Source: Lachnospiraceae bacterium (GTDB lineage: Bacteria; Bacillota; Clostridia; Lachnospirales; Lachnospiraceae). Taken from it: 64,000 nt of DNA. The first letter of the stretch is position 1, and each line of letters opens with the position of its first letter. A program made the position numbers and the translations under genes. The notes under the pieces were generated by a model. The model had not been told where the DNA came from. It made no database searches and saw only the letters and a list, made by a program, of their open reading frames with translations. Positions 52,984 to 62,525 of the stretch are shown here, piece after piece. Location: contig SVFN01000028.1 in the NCBI GenBank assembly GCA_015056815.1, forward strand, positions 399 through 64,398, in the 5' to 3' direction.

Positions 52984-53358
52984 ATGAAAAAAATCAGTAC
53001 CCCGAAGGCACCGGCAGCGATCGGACCTTATTCCCAGGCAATCGTAGCAGGAGATTTCCTGTTTGCATCCGGACAGATTGCGATCATTCCGGAGACGGGA
53101 GAGATTGCGCAGGGTGATATCACTGTTCAGGCAGAACAGGTCATGAAGAATATCGGCGAGATCTTAAAAGAAGCAGGTATTTCATACGATAAGGTAGTCA
53201 AGACAGGCTGCTTCTTAGATGATATGAATGATTTTGCTGCATTTAATGAAGTGTATGGAAGATATTTTACAGAGAAACCGGCAAGAAGCTGCGTGGCAGT
53301 CAAGACACTTCCGAAAAATGTACTGTGTGAGGTGGAAGTGATCGCATATCTGGGATAG
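52984..53358 (+). CDS. ridA: RidA/YjgF-family reactive intermediate deaminase
   Basis: APAAIGPYSQAI...GQI......G......EQ...N......AG......VKT..F......F...N.VY..YF....PARS.V.V..LP is the canonical YjgF pattern. Length is 124 aa. Confidence 0.9.
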   Translation: MKKISTPKAPAAIGPYSQAIVAGDFLFASGQIAIIPETGEIAQGDITVQAEQVMKNIGEILKEAGISYDKVVKTGCFLDDMNDFAAFNEVYGRYFTEKPARSCVAVKTLPKNVLCEVEVIAYLG

Positions 53359-53573
53359 GGATGATTATCACGCAGGGGATCGTTGCCGGTGAAGTGCCGG
53401 TTTTTGGAAATCTGAAAATAGTTAGGACAGGGCGTATAACAGAAAGGTTGTACGCTCTGTTTTTTTGGCAAGGCCAAAAAACAGATCCTGTCGTGTTTGA
53501 TGCATAAGACCAGAGAAAGTGCAGATACTAAGAAAAAACGGATCACAATGATCGGGTAAAAAGGAGCGTTTTT

Positions 53574-53939
53574 ATGGATTATATGAGCTATATCAATGCA
53601 TTCTGGGTAGGAGGACTGATCTGTGCGCTGGTTCAGATATTGCTGGAAAAGACGAAGCTGATGCCGGGAAGAGTCATGGTGCTTTTAGTATGTCTGGGGG
53701 CTGTACTCAGTGCGGCCGGGATCTATGAACCCTTCGTGGAATATGCCGGCGCCGGCGCCAGTGTTCCGCTAATGGGATTTGGCAATACACTGATGCGGGG
53801 TGTGAAAAAAGCAATCGACAGTGAAGGCTTTCTGGGAATTTTCAGAGGAGGTTTTCAGGCGAGTGCGGTCGGGATCAGTGCGGCTTTGGTCTTTGGCTAC
53901 CTGGCAAGTTTTATATTCAAACCGAAGATCAAAAAATAG
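53574..53939 (+). CDS. spoVAE: Stage V sporulation protein AE (SpoVAEB-type)
   Basis: FWVGGLICALVQIL ... YAGAGASVPLMGFGNTL ... IFKPK parallels B. subtilis SpoVAEB (FLVGGAICVIGQLL ... FAGGGATVPITSFGHSL ... IFKPK). Confidence 0.85.
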   Translation: MDYMSYINAFWVGGLICALVQILLEKTKLMPGRVMVLLVCLGAVLSAAGIYEPFVEYAGAGASVPLMGFGNTLMRGVKKAIDSEGFLGIFRGGFQASAVGISAALVFGYLASFIFKPKIKK

Positions 53940-53963
53940 GCAAAGCTGCAGATATTGTCCGGA

Positions 53964-54458
53964 TCATTCTTCAAAAGAGATGTGCAAAAGATCCAGCGAT
54001 TTACGGAAAGCACTGTCCCATGCCTTCTCAAGAGATTTATCCGGTACAAAGGTCGTAAACGCGATACCGGTGATACAGGTCAGCTTCCCGTGCTCAAACC
54101 GGATGTTCAGTGCCAGGCATCTGACCAGACCGGGATCGATCTCCAACTCATTTTTTTCGATCAGCCGGCGTGTATATCCGGCATCTGCATGGAGCGTGAA
54201 CTGAAAGGAGACCGGAGTCTGTTTCCCGGCAATTTGCGATAATAAGACCGGGCGGATGTCATGCCAGTTTACAAATTCGGGAAGCTCTGACGGTTTGCCG
54301 GGGCTTTCGTCAAAAAATTCTTTTACGGTCCGTCCATCAAGTTCTAACGTATAAAATGTCACAAGACGACCTTCTTCAAAGGAAAACCTGTCAAAGGTCT
54401 CACTGGTTAAGAGCAGATTCATAAACTGTTTAATATCCTTGATCAAATATGCGGTCAT
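53964..54458 (-). CDS. Hypothetical cytoplasmic protein (164 aa)
   Basis: Clean ORF with good coding look. No motif recognised by eye. Confidence 0.5.
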   Translation of the reverse strand: MTAYLIKDIKQFMNLLLTSETFDRFSFEEGRLVTFYTLELDGRTVKEFFDESPGKPSELPEFVNWHDIRPVLLSQIAGKQTPVSFQFTLHADAGYTRRLIEKNELEIDPGLVRCLALNIRFEHGKLTCITGIAFTTFVPDKSLEKAWDSAFRKSLDLLHISFEE

Positions 54459-54748
54459 GTCCGGTTCCTTCCTGCAGAAAAAATGATATGCCTGCGCGAC
54501 TGCCGATAAACTGTGTCAAACAGCAGATCACGGTTTGCACAAGAGTCAGTATAACATAAAACGGAAAGAAATGACAGCATGTAATCGAAACAGTTCTGAT
54601 ACTGTGGCATGCAGGAGCGTTCACTGTTTTTTTTACTTTATGAAAATGTGAATAATAACGGAATGTATCATATTGGGGGTTTTCAAACGTCACAGACTGT
54701 GCTATGATAAGCGGTAAAGAAAACTACATGTTGCACTAAGGAGACGTT

Positions 54749-55591
54749 ATGAGTTATAGAATTGTATTGGATAGTTGTGGCGATCTGACACCGGAGTTAA
54801 AAAAAGACCCGAATTATGAAAGTGTGCCGTTAGAGCTGGAGATCAATGGAGAACGTATCATCGATGATGAGACCTTCGACCAGCTTTCTTATATTAAAAA
54901 GGTTGCCGAGAGTCCCACCTGTGCCAAGACATCCTGTCCTTCACCGGAACGGTATCTGGAGTCGTATAAAGCCGATGTGGATCATGTGTATGTGGTGACA
55001 TTGTCCGGCGCTTTGAGCGGAAGTTACAACAGCGCCGAGGTTGCACGTAAGATGTATGAGGAGCAGTACGGACCCGGCAAGGTGCATGTATTTGATTCCA
55101 AATCAGCCTGTTGCGGGGAGACTCTGATCGGCAGAAAGATCGAAGAATTTGAAAAATCCGGCATGTCTTTTGAAGAAGTGGTGGAAGCGGGAGAGAAGTT
55201 TGTCAAAAGCGTGGATACCCATTTTGTCCTGGATGATCTGGAGACTCTTCGCAAGAACGGAAGATTATCTTCTGTGAAGGCACTTGTGGCAAGCACATTA
55301 AATATCAAGCCTGTCATGGGAGCCATCGACGGCGTGATCGTACAGCGCGGAAAAGCGGTGGGACTCAAAAAAGCGTACCGCAAGATGATCGAGAATCTTA
55401 TGGAAGATAAAAAGGGTGTAAATACCAAAGAACGCTCTCTGATGATTACCCATGTGAACTGCCCGGATAGAGCACAGCTTGTCAAGGAAATGCTTCTGGA
55501 GCAGTTGGAGTTCCGTGATATTACGATCGTGGACGCTATGGGAGTAGCTACGACCTATGCGAACAATGGCGGGATCGTGGTGACGGTTTAG
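54749..55591 (+). CDS. degV: DegV-family fatty-acid-binding protein
   Basis: IVLDSCGDLTPEL ... VYVVTLSGALSGSYNSA ... typical DegV N-terminal pattern. Length is 280 aa. Confidence 0.85.
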   Translation: MSYRIVLDSCGDLTPELKKDPNYESVPLELEINGERIIDDETFDQLSYIKKVAESPTCAKTSCPSPERYLESYKADVDHVYVVTLSGALSGSYNSAEVARKMYEEQYGPGKVHVFDSKSACCGETLIGRKIEEFEKSGMSFEEVVEAGEKFVKSVDTHFVLDDLETLRKNGRLSSVKALVASTLNIKPVMGAIDGVIVQRGKAVGLKKAYRKMIENLMEDKKGVNTKERSLMITHVNCPDRAQLVKEMLLEQLEFRDITIVDAMGVATTYANNGGIVVTV

Positions 55592-55603
55592 ACACAGTAA
55601 CGC

Positions 55604-55636
55604 AACATTCCCACCGGTTACACCGGTGGGAATGTT
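55604..55636. terminator. Perfect 15-bp hairpin between convergent genes (no U-tract)
   Basis: AACATTCCCACCGGT-tac-ACCGGTGGGAATGTT. It lacks a flanking T-run on either strand, so it is not a canonical intrinsic terminator. Confidence 0.45.
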
Positions 55637-55674
55637 ATGCTATCCTAATATCTAATTCATTTCCAAAGAAAAAT

Positions 55675-56340
55675 CTAAAACAATCGATTGATCTTCTCTC
55701 CGTTAAACAGCGTCACGGAAAGGCGATTGCTGTTCACGATATAGATTTTATTGACAATGATGTTTTTCTTCGGCACGACAAATTCTCCTGTGAGCATCAG
55801 CGTCTCACACAGATCATTGAAATCCCCGTAATGCTCATAGATCGTGCCGTCCTCTACCAGAACAGAATTGACGGAGCCGTCAAATCTGGCATAATAGACG
55901 GATTGCGGATCGATGTAATGTGTCTCTTCCTTCGTACGGATCTCCAGCTTGGCCGTGGTATGGGAATTGACATAACCGTATGCCTCTGTCACAAGGGTAT
56001 CCAGATCCCCTTGTTTGATCGGTTTGTCGATGTGCCAAAGCTCCGGATGGGTATTTTCAATCTCTAATTTTTTCCCGTCCGGACGGCATACGCTGACAAG
56101 TCCGCAAGCACCGTGATCTTTCAGCGCAAGGATCATTTTTTCATAATCTGCAGGATCCATCGTAAAATCCAAGATGAACAGATTGTACTTCATGGGAGCC
56201 ATAGTGGCAGATTCGATATTGCCGAAAGAGTCCACATAAAGCTGATCGATGATATCTTTGATGGTGTCGTTCGTGCGATCCATCAGTCGTTCCAATTGCT
56301 TACGGTCTGCAACATTATCCGCTACGATTGCTATGTACAT
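55675..56340 (-). CDS. Orphan atypical receiver + LytTR-like DNA-binding protein
   Basis: The N-terminus resembles a receiver (YIAIVADN .. LFILDF .. IDKPI) but has AD in place of the acidic DD/DE pair. The C-terminus is LytTR-like (HYIDPQSVYYARF.....FVVPKKNIIVNKIYI). No kinase gene is adjacent. Confidence 0.45.
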   Translation of the reverse strand: MYIAIVADNVADRKQLERLMDRTNDTIKDIIDQLYVDSFGNIESATMAPMKYNLFILDFTMDPADYEKMILALKDHGACGLVSVCRPDGKKLEIENTHPELWHIDKPIKQGDLDTLVTEAYGYVNSHTTAKLEIRTKEETHYIDPQSVYYARFDGSVNSVLVEDGTIYEHYGDFNDLCETLMLTGEFVVPKKNIIVNKIYIVNSNRLSVTLFNGEKINRLF

Positions 56341-56547
56341 ATTCATTCCCTCATTCAAACAGTAATAAATCCATATAAAAAAGACTAAAAACCATGCATT
56401 ATCTGTCATTATACCACGTTTGTGGAGAAATGTAAATTAGCAGTAATGATATCACACGTCCTAAAGTGTTACTATTCACAGCCGTTTTGCCTGTGAATAG
56501 CAACCCTAAAGTACTATTGGAGCTATGGCTTGTGCCGAACAAAACCG

Positions 56548-56835
56548 TCAGGGTAGAGCATGATACTGCAGCCACAACCATAATGCAAGGCAGACCTGCA
56601 AAATGAAGAGAAAGGGCATCCCGTAGCGGAAATACCAGTGTCTGGTCTTATGGTGAAAATGAAACATGCCACAGGTCGTGCCGAGAGAGCCGCCAAACAG
56701 TGCAAACGCAAAAAGAGTGGCCTCCGGAATCCGGAAAGCCCCCTTTTTTGCTTTGTGTTTGTCGATGCCCATTATGGCAAAACCTGCAAGATTGATAAGG
56801 ATCAGGTAGGAAATAATGGTGATCGCAATATTCAT
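56548..56835 (-). CDS. DUF1294-family small membrane protein
   Basis: NLAGFAIMGIDKHKAKKGAFRIPEATLFAFALFGGSLGTTCGMFHFHHKTRH is the DUF1294 signature. It starts 2 nt after the argG stop. Confidence 0.8.
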   Translation of the reverse strand: MNIAITIISYLILINLAGFAIMGIDKHKAKKGAFRIPEATLFAFALFGGSLGTTCGMFHFHHKTRHWYFRYGMPFLFILQVCLALWLWLQYHALP

Positions 56836-56836
56836 A

Positions 56837-58057
56837 TTAGTTGTTCTTTAATGCTTCCTGCATTTTCATGGCACGAACCTTTGTGGAAAGACCAAACAGA
56901 TTGATAAAGCCCTCGGCATCGTGGTGATCATACAGATCGCCGGTGGTAAAGCTTGCAATACTCTCATTGTATAAAGAATACGGAGAAGTCGTGCCGGCCT
57001 TGATGATGTTACCTTTGTAAAGCTTGAACTTTACTTCGCCGGTCACATATTTTTGTGTGCTCTCGATGAATGCCTGAACAGCTTCTCTTAAAGGAGAGAA
57101 CCATTTGCCTTCGTAAACGATCTGAGCGAACAGGTTGCCCATGTCCTCTTTTACGCGGTAGGTATCGCGGTCAAGGATCAGCTCTTCCAACTGCTGATGT
57201 GCTTCGTAAAGAATGGTTCCTCCGGGCGTCTCATAGACTCCGCGGCTTTTCATGCCGACAACACGGTTCTCAACGATATCGACAATGCCGATGCCGTGCT
57301 TGCCGCCTAATCTGTTTAACTCGCGGATGATATCGGAAACTTTCATTTCCTTACCATTGATGCTCTTGGGAACGCCGGCTTCGAAGGTCATGGTAACGTA
57401 TTCGCCTTCTTCCGGAGCCTTCTCGGGAGTGGTACCAAGCACTAAGAGATGCTCATAATTCGGCTCGTTGCCGGGCTCTTCAAGTTCAAGACCTTCGTGA
57501 CTGATATGCCACAGATTGCGGTCGCGGCTGTAAGAGTTATCTGCTGAGAACGGAAGGTCAATGCCGTGTTCTTTACAGTAAGCGATCTCTTCCTCGCGGG
57601 AATTCAAGGTCCATTTGTCATCACGCCATGCAGCGATGATCTTTAAATCGGGGGCGAGTGCCTTGATGCCTAATTCGAAACGGATCTGATCGTTTCCTTT
57701 TCCGGTAGCTCCGTGGCAGATTGCAGTAGCGCCTTCTTTACGGGCAATCTCCACAAGTCTCTTTGCAATGCCGGGACGTGCCATGGAAGTACCGAGCAGA
57801 TATTTGTTCTCATAGACAGCATGAGCCTGTACACAGGGAACAATGTATTCATCACAGAACTCATCCGTAATATCTTCAATATATAATTTCTCTGCACCGG
57901 ATAATTTCGCTCTTTCCTCCAAACCATCCAGCTCGCTCTCCTGACCGCAGTCGATGCAGCAGCAGATAACTTCATAATCATAATTCTCTTTTAACCACGG
58001 AATGATCGCAGTAGTGTCAAGACCGCCTGAGTAGGCTAAGATTACTTTTTCTTTCAT
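56837..58057 (-). CDS. argG: Argininosuccinate synthase
   Basis: N-terminal [12 protein letters not shown]-PPase motif, then ..[13 protein letters not shown].. and ..[10 protein letters not shown]... Length is 406 aa. Confidence 0.97.
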   Translation of the reverse strand: MKEKVILAYSGGLDTTAIIPWLKENYDYEVICCCIDCGQESELDGLEERAKLSGAEKLYIEDITDEFCDEYIVPCVQAHAVYENKYLLGTSMARPGIAKRLVEIARKEGATAICHGATGKGNDQIRFELGIKALAPDLKIIAAWRDDKWTLNSREEEIAYCKEHGIDLPFSADNSYSRDRNLWHISHEGLELEEPGNEPNYEHLLVLGTTPEKAPEEGEYVTMTFEAGVPKSINGKEMKVSDIIRELNRLGGKHGIGIVDIVENRVVGMKSRGVYETPGGTILYEAHQQLEELILDRDTYRVKEDMGNLFAQIVYEGKWFSPLREAVQAFIESTQKYVTGEVKFKLYKGNIIKAGTTSPYSLYNESIASFTTGDLYDHHDAEGFINLFGLSTKVRAMKMQEALKNN

Positions 58058-58164
58058 AAAAATACGCCTCCATGTTCATCATCTTAATTGGTAATCATAA
58101 ATCAGCGGATCAAAATCTGTTACAAACCGCTGTCAGACTTTACTATACATCAATGTGCCAAAGA

Positions 58165-58247
58165 ATGCAAGCATGAATTTTTGCATAAAATACATGAATA
58201 TTTCAAAAATAGTGAATAAATCAAAAAAAGAGTTGCATATTATGCAA
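58165..58247. promoter_or_regulatory. Candidate ArgR/AhrC operator region in the argG/argC divergent intergenic
   Basis: ATGCAA..CATGAATTTTTGCAT (58165-58186), CATGAATATTTCA (58193-58205) and the perfect palindrome TTGCATA-T-TATGCAA (58233-58247). The TGAAT/TGCAT half-sites resemble ARG boxes, but the spacing is not canonical. Confidence 0.35.
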
Positions 58248-58531
58248 TAGACGCGTATAATTATGCGATATGACGAGCGGCGGTTTTCGACACATTAATA
58301 TGGAAGATAAGACAGAAAAGAAGAAAGGGACGAGCAGATCTTTTCCGACCGTGAAAAGAATGCTATTTTATAGTTGAGATTTTTTCTTATTTAAAGTAAG
58401 ATAGAGATTGGCTATGAATATTCTTGCCTGAGAGGATAAAAGGAACGGATTTCGGAAAACAATCGGATAGCCGGGCTGAACGGTCCTGATCCATAAAAAC
58501 GATCGACAAGAAAGAAAAGAGGAATAAGAGT

Positions 58532-59584
58532 ATGAAAGCAGGAATTATCGGAGCAACAGGTTATGCGGGAGGAGAGCTGGTAAGGATTTTACTGCAGCAC
58601 CCGGAGGCAGAGATCAAATGGTATGGTTCAAGAAGCTATATCGATCAGAAGTATGCCTCCGTTTATGGAAATATGTTTGAGTTAGTGGAAGATGTCTGCA
58701 GGGGGGATGATCTTGCGGCACTGGCCAAGGAAGTGGATGTGATCTTTACGGCGACACCCCAGGGATTTTTATCCGGTGTTTTAACAGAAGAGATTCTTTC
58801 CGGGACAAAGGTAGTGGACCTTAGCGCGGACTACCGGATCAAAGATGTGGCGACCTATGAGAAATGGTACGGTATTACCCATCAGTCACCGCAGCTTATC
58901 AAAGAAGCAGTCTACGGGCTCTGCGAGATCAACCGCGAAGACGTAAAGAAGGCAAGACTGGTAGCCAATCCGGGCTGCTATACGACCTGTTCGATCCTGA
59001 CGGCGTATCCTCTTGTAAAGGAAGGACTGATCGATACCGATACCTTGATCATTGACGCCAAGAGCGGTACCAGCGGTGCGGGACGCGGAGCGAAGGTCAA
59101 TAATCTTTACTGCGAGGTAAATGAAAATATCAAAGCATACGGTGTGGCTACACACAGACACACACCGGAGATCGAAGAGCAGTTAGGCTATGCGGCAGGC
59201 AAAGAAGTGGTGTTAAACTTCACACCGCACCTTGTTCCCATGAACAGGGGAATCTTAGTGACGGAATATGCGAAGCTGAATAAAAAAGCAGACGGAACAC
59301 TGCCTTCCTATGAAGAGATCAAAGCAGTTTACGACACTTATTATAAAGAAGAGAAATTTGTCCGCGTGCTGGAAAAAGATGTCTGCCCGGAGACGAAATG
59401 GGTAGAGGGCAGTAACTATGTGGATGTGAATTTCAAGATCGATGAGCGTACGGGACGCATCATCATGATGGGCGCTCTCGACAATATGGTCAAAGGAGCG
59501 GCCGGACAGGCTGTTCAGAACATGAATCTATTATTCGGTCTGAAGGAAGATACCGGTTTAAATCTTGTTCCCATGTTCCCGTAA
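58532..59584 (+). CDS. argC: N-acetyl-gamma-glutamyl-phosphate reductase
   Basis: IIGATGYAGGELVRIL Rossmann N-terminus and the active-site NPGCYTT motif. Confidence 0.95.
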   Translation: MKAGIIGATGYAGGELVRILLQHPEAEIKWYGSRSYIDQKYASVYGNMFELVEDVCRGDDLAALAKEVDVIFTATPQGFLSGVLTEEILSGTKVVDLSADYRIKDVATYEKWYGITHQSPQLIKEAVYGLCEINREDVKKARLVANPGCYTTCSILTAYPLVKEGLIDTDTLIIDAKSGTSGAGRGAKVNNLYCEVNENIKAYGVATHRHTPEIEEQLGYAAGKEVVLNFTPHLVPMNRGILVTEYAKLNKKADGTLPSYEEIKAVYDTYYKEEKFVRVLEKDVCPETKWVEGSNYVDVNFKIDERTGRIIMMGALDNMVKGAAGQAVQNMNLLFGLKEDTGLNLVPMFP

Positions 59585-59603
59585 AGAAGAGTAAGGAGAA
59601 AAA

Positions 59604-59783
59604 ATGGCAAAGACAAGCTGTGATGACTGTAACAATTATGTATACGATGAAGACCTGGAATGCTATGTGTGTGAGCAGGACCTGGATGAAGACGAAATGT
59701 ACCGGTTTTTGACCAGTGCATCCTTTGACTGTCCGTTCTATCAAAGCAACGATGAATATAAGGTAGTCAGACATCAGATGTAA
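59604..59783 (+). CDS. Cys-rich (CxxC...CxxC) 59-aa protein, not in the ORF track
   Basis: GTAAGGAG RBS 6 nt upstream. Product: MAKTSCDDCNNYVYDEDLECYVCEQDLDEDEMYRFLTSASFDCPFYQSNDEYKVVRHQM. It is packed tightly between argC and the GNAT gene. Confidence 0.65.
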   Translation: MAKTSCDDCNNYVYDEDLECYVCEQDLDEDEMYRFLTSASFDCPFYQSNDEYKVVRHQM

Positions 59784-59807
59784 AACGGATTTATGTGAGG
59801 AATAACC

Positions 59808-60251
59808 ATGATAAGAGCAATGACGATAGAGGATTATGATAAAGTATATGAACTGTGGATGAAGATCAAGGGCTTCGGGATCCGGTCGGTGGACGATTCC
59901 AAAGAAGGTGTTGCCAAGTTTTTGAAACGCAATCCCGATACCAGTGTCGTATGCGAAATGGACGGGAAGATCGTGGGAGCGATCCTGTGCGGACACGACG
60001 GCAGACGGGGGTGTCTGTATCATGTGTGCGTAGACCCGGGCTACCGTTTAAGAGGGATCGGAAAGTCCATGGTAGTCTTTGCCATGGAGGCTTTACATAA
60101 AGAGGAAGTCAATAAGGTATCCCTGATCGCCTTTACCGAGAATGATATCGGTAACGCATTCTGGAAAGAGATCGGCTGGACGAAAAGAGAAGATTTAAAC
60201 TACTATGATTTTACACTCAATACCGAGAACATCGTCCGGTTTAATCAATAA
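59808..60251 (+). CDS. Small GNAT-family N-acetyltransferase inside the arg operon (candidate short N-acetylglutamate synthase)
   Basis: GNAT acetyl-CoA motif A: HVCVDPGYRLRGIGKSMV. Length is 147 aa. It occupies the slot between argC and argB. Confidence 0.75.
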   Translation: MIRAMTIEDYDKVYELWMKIKGFGIRSVDDSKEGVAKFLKRNPDTSVVCEMDGKIVGAILCGHDGRRGCLYHVCVDPGYRLRGIGKSMVVFAMEALHKEEVNKVSLIAFTENDIGNAFWKEIGWTKREDLNYYDFTLNTENIVRFNQ

Positions 60252-60412
60252 AGGCGGCTTCTCGTTTCTGGTACAAAGCAGTACGAGAGACTTTTATAAC
60301 TGCAAAATATGTAACGCTTCCATACTGCGCATATTTTCGGGGAATATGCAGTTTGGAAGCGTTGCCAAAATAAATAATACAGTAAGGTTTTTGTAGAAGG
60401 AGAAGAAACACT

Positions 60413-61312
60413 ATGGAACACAAAGACATGCAGAAGGTACTGGCAAAAGCAGAGGTGCTGATCGAGGCGCTTCCTTATATTCAGAAATTCAACAGAAGGA
60501 TCATCGTGGTAAAGTATGGCGGAAGTGCTATGGCAAACGAAGAGCTTCAGAAAAATGTCATTAAGGATGTGACGCTTTTGAAACTGGTCGGCTTCAAGCC
60601 GATCATTGTTCATGGAGGAGGCAAGGAGATCAGCAAGTGGGTGCAGAAGGTTGGAAAAGAATCTGAGTTTGTAAACGGACTGCGTGTCACGGATGCGGAA
60701 ACGATGGAGATCGCTGAAATGGTTCTGTCCAAAGTGAACAAACGTCTTGTGACCATGGTGGAAGAACTCGGAGTCCGTGCAGTGGGCATCAGCGGTAAGG
60801 ACGGAGGCATGCTGCATGTGGAGAAAAAATACTCCGACGGCAAGGATATCGGATTTGTGGGAAATATCACAGAAGTAAATCCCAAGATCCTGCATGACCT
60901 TCTGGAAAAAGATTTCTTACCGATCGTAGCACCGGTCGGACTGGATGATGCATTCCATACCTATAATATCAATGCGGATGATGCAGCCTGTGCGGTGGCA
61001 AAGGCAGTAGGAGCCGATAAGCTTGTCTTTTTGACAGATATTGAGGGACTGTATGGAGATATCGATGATAAGGACAGTTTTATCTCAAGGATCAGCTGCT
61101 CCGAGGCAGAAAAACTGATCGACGGTGGCGTGATCGGAGGCGGTATGCTTCCGAAATTAAACAACTGTACTTCTGCGATCCGAAGCGGCGTAAACCGTGT
61201 GCATATTCTGGATGGACGTATCCCGCACTGCTTACTGCTGGAAATCTTCACGAAAGAAGGAGTCGGCACTGCGATCGTGGATGATGAAGACTATACGCAG
61301 ATGAGTGAATAA
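60413..61312 (+). CDS. argB: Acetylglutamate kinase
   Basis: [22 protein letters not shown] ... IVHGGG ... NINADDAA are canonical AAK/NAGK motifs. Confidence 0.95.
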   Translation: MEHKDMQKVLAKAEVLIEALPYIQKFNRRIIVVKYGGSAMANEELQKNVIKDVTLLKLVGFKPIIVHGGGKEISKWVQKVGKESEFVNGLRVTDAETMEIAEMVLSKVNKRLVTMVEELGVRAVGISGKDGGMLHVEKKYSDGKDIGFVGNITEVNPKILHDLLEKDFLPIVAPVGLDDAFHTYNINADDAACAVAKAVGADKLVFLTDIEGLYGDIDDKDSFISRISCSEAEKLIDGGVIGGGMLPKLNNCTSAIRSGVNRVHILDGRIPHCLLLEIFTKEGVGTAIVDDEDYTQMSE

Positions 61313-61325
61313 GGAGATGAGTATT

Positions 61326-62525
61326 ATGACAATGCAGCAATATATCGAGGATGCAGAAAAAGCGCTTCTTCATACCTATAACCGTTATCAGATCGTTCTT
61401 GACAAGGGTGAGGGCGTACATCTGTATGATCTGGAAGGAAAGAAATATCTGGATTTCGTTTCGGGGATCGCAGTCTTTGCACTCGGATACGGCAACCGTG
61501 AATATAATGATGCCCTGAAAGCACAGATCGATAAACTGTTACATACTTCCAACTACTATTACAATGTTCCGGCTGTCGAGGCGGCAAAGAAACTGCAGAA
61601 AGTATCCGGTATGGACCGGATCTTCTTTACCAACAGTGGAGCGGAAGCGATCGAGGGTGCGATCAAGGCGGCCAGGAAATATGCCTATTTAAAGGATGGA
61701 ACGACCGATCATGAGATCATTGCGATGGAGCATTCTTTCCACGGTCGTACCATGGGAGCACTTTCCGTGACAGGCAATCCGCATTACAGAGAAGCATTTG
61801 AGCCGATGATCGGGAATATCCGGTTTGCACAGCTGAACGATATTGACAGTGTGAAGGCTCAGATCACTGATAAGACCTGCGCGATCATTTTAGAGACTGT
61901 ACAGGGTGAGGGCGGTATTTATCCGGCAGAGGAAGCCTTTTTAAAAGAGCTTCGCGCGATCTGTGACGAGAAAGATATCCTTCTGATCCTGGATGAGATC
62001 CAGTGCGGCATGGGGCGTACCGGTTATATGTTTGCATGGCAGAAATACGGCGTGAAGCCGGACATCATGACAAGTGCGAAGGCGTTGGGATGCGGTGTCC
62101 CGGTGGGGGCTTTTATGATGACGGAGAAAGTCGGACAAAGCTCTCTTGTGGCCGGAGATCATGGTTCTACCTATGGCGGCAACCCGTTTGTGTGTGCGGC
62201 GATCTGCAAAGTTCTGGAGCTGTTTGAGAAAGAAAACATTCTGGAGAATGTAAAACAGACAGGCGATTATCTTTTTGAAAAACTGGAAGAGCTTGTAAAG
62301 GATTACGATTGCATTAAGACGCACAGAGGTGTGGGTCTGATGCAGGGACTGATCTTCAAAGAGCCGGTGGCACCTGTCATTAATAAAGCACTGGAAAAAG
62401 GACTGATCCTGATCAACGCCGGAAGCAATATCATCCGGTTCGTTCCGCCGCTCATCATTTCCAGAGAAAACGTGGACGAGATGATAATGATCTTGAGAGA
62501 ATGTCTGAAGGAAGCGGCTCTGTAA
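61326..62525 (+). CDS. argD: Acetylornithine aminotransferase
   Basis: Class III aminotransferase with FTNSGAEAIEGAIK, LILDEIQCGMGRTG and the PLP-lysine context TSAKALG. Start set at MTMQQY after AAGGAG. Confidence 0.9.
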   Translation: MTMQQYIEDAEKALLHTYNRYQIVLDKGEGVHLYDLEGKKYLDFVSGIAVFALGYGNREYNDALKAQIDKLLHTSNYYYNVPAVEAAKKLQKVSGMDRIFFTNSGAEAIEGAIKAARKYAYLKDGTTDHEIIAMEHSFHGRTMGALSVTGNPHYREAFEPMIGNIRFAQLNDIDSVKAQITDKTCAIILETVQGEGGIYPAEEAFLKELRAICDEKDILLILDEIQCGMGRTGYMFAWQKYGVKPDIMTSAKALGCGVPVGAFMMTEKVGQSSLVAGDHGSTYGGNPFVCAAICKVLELFEKENILENVKQTGDYLFEKLEELVKDYDCIKTHRGVGLMQGLIFKEPVAPVINKALEKGLILINAGSNIIRFVPPLIISRENVDEMIMILRECLKEAAL

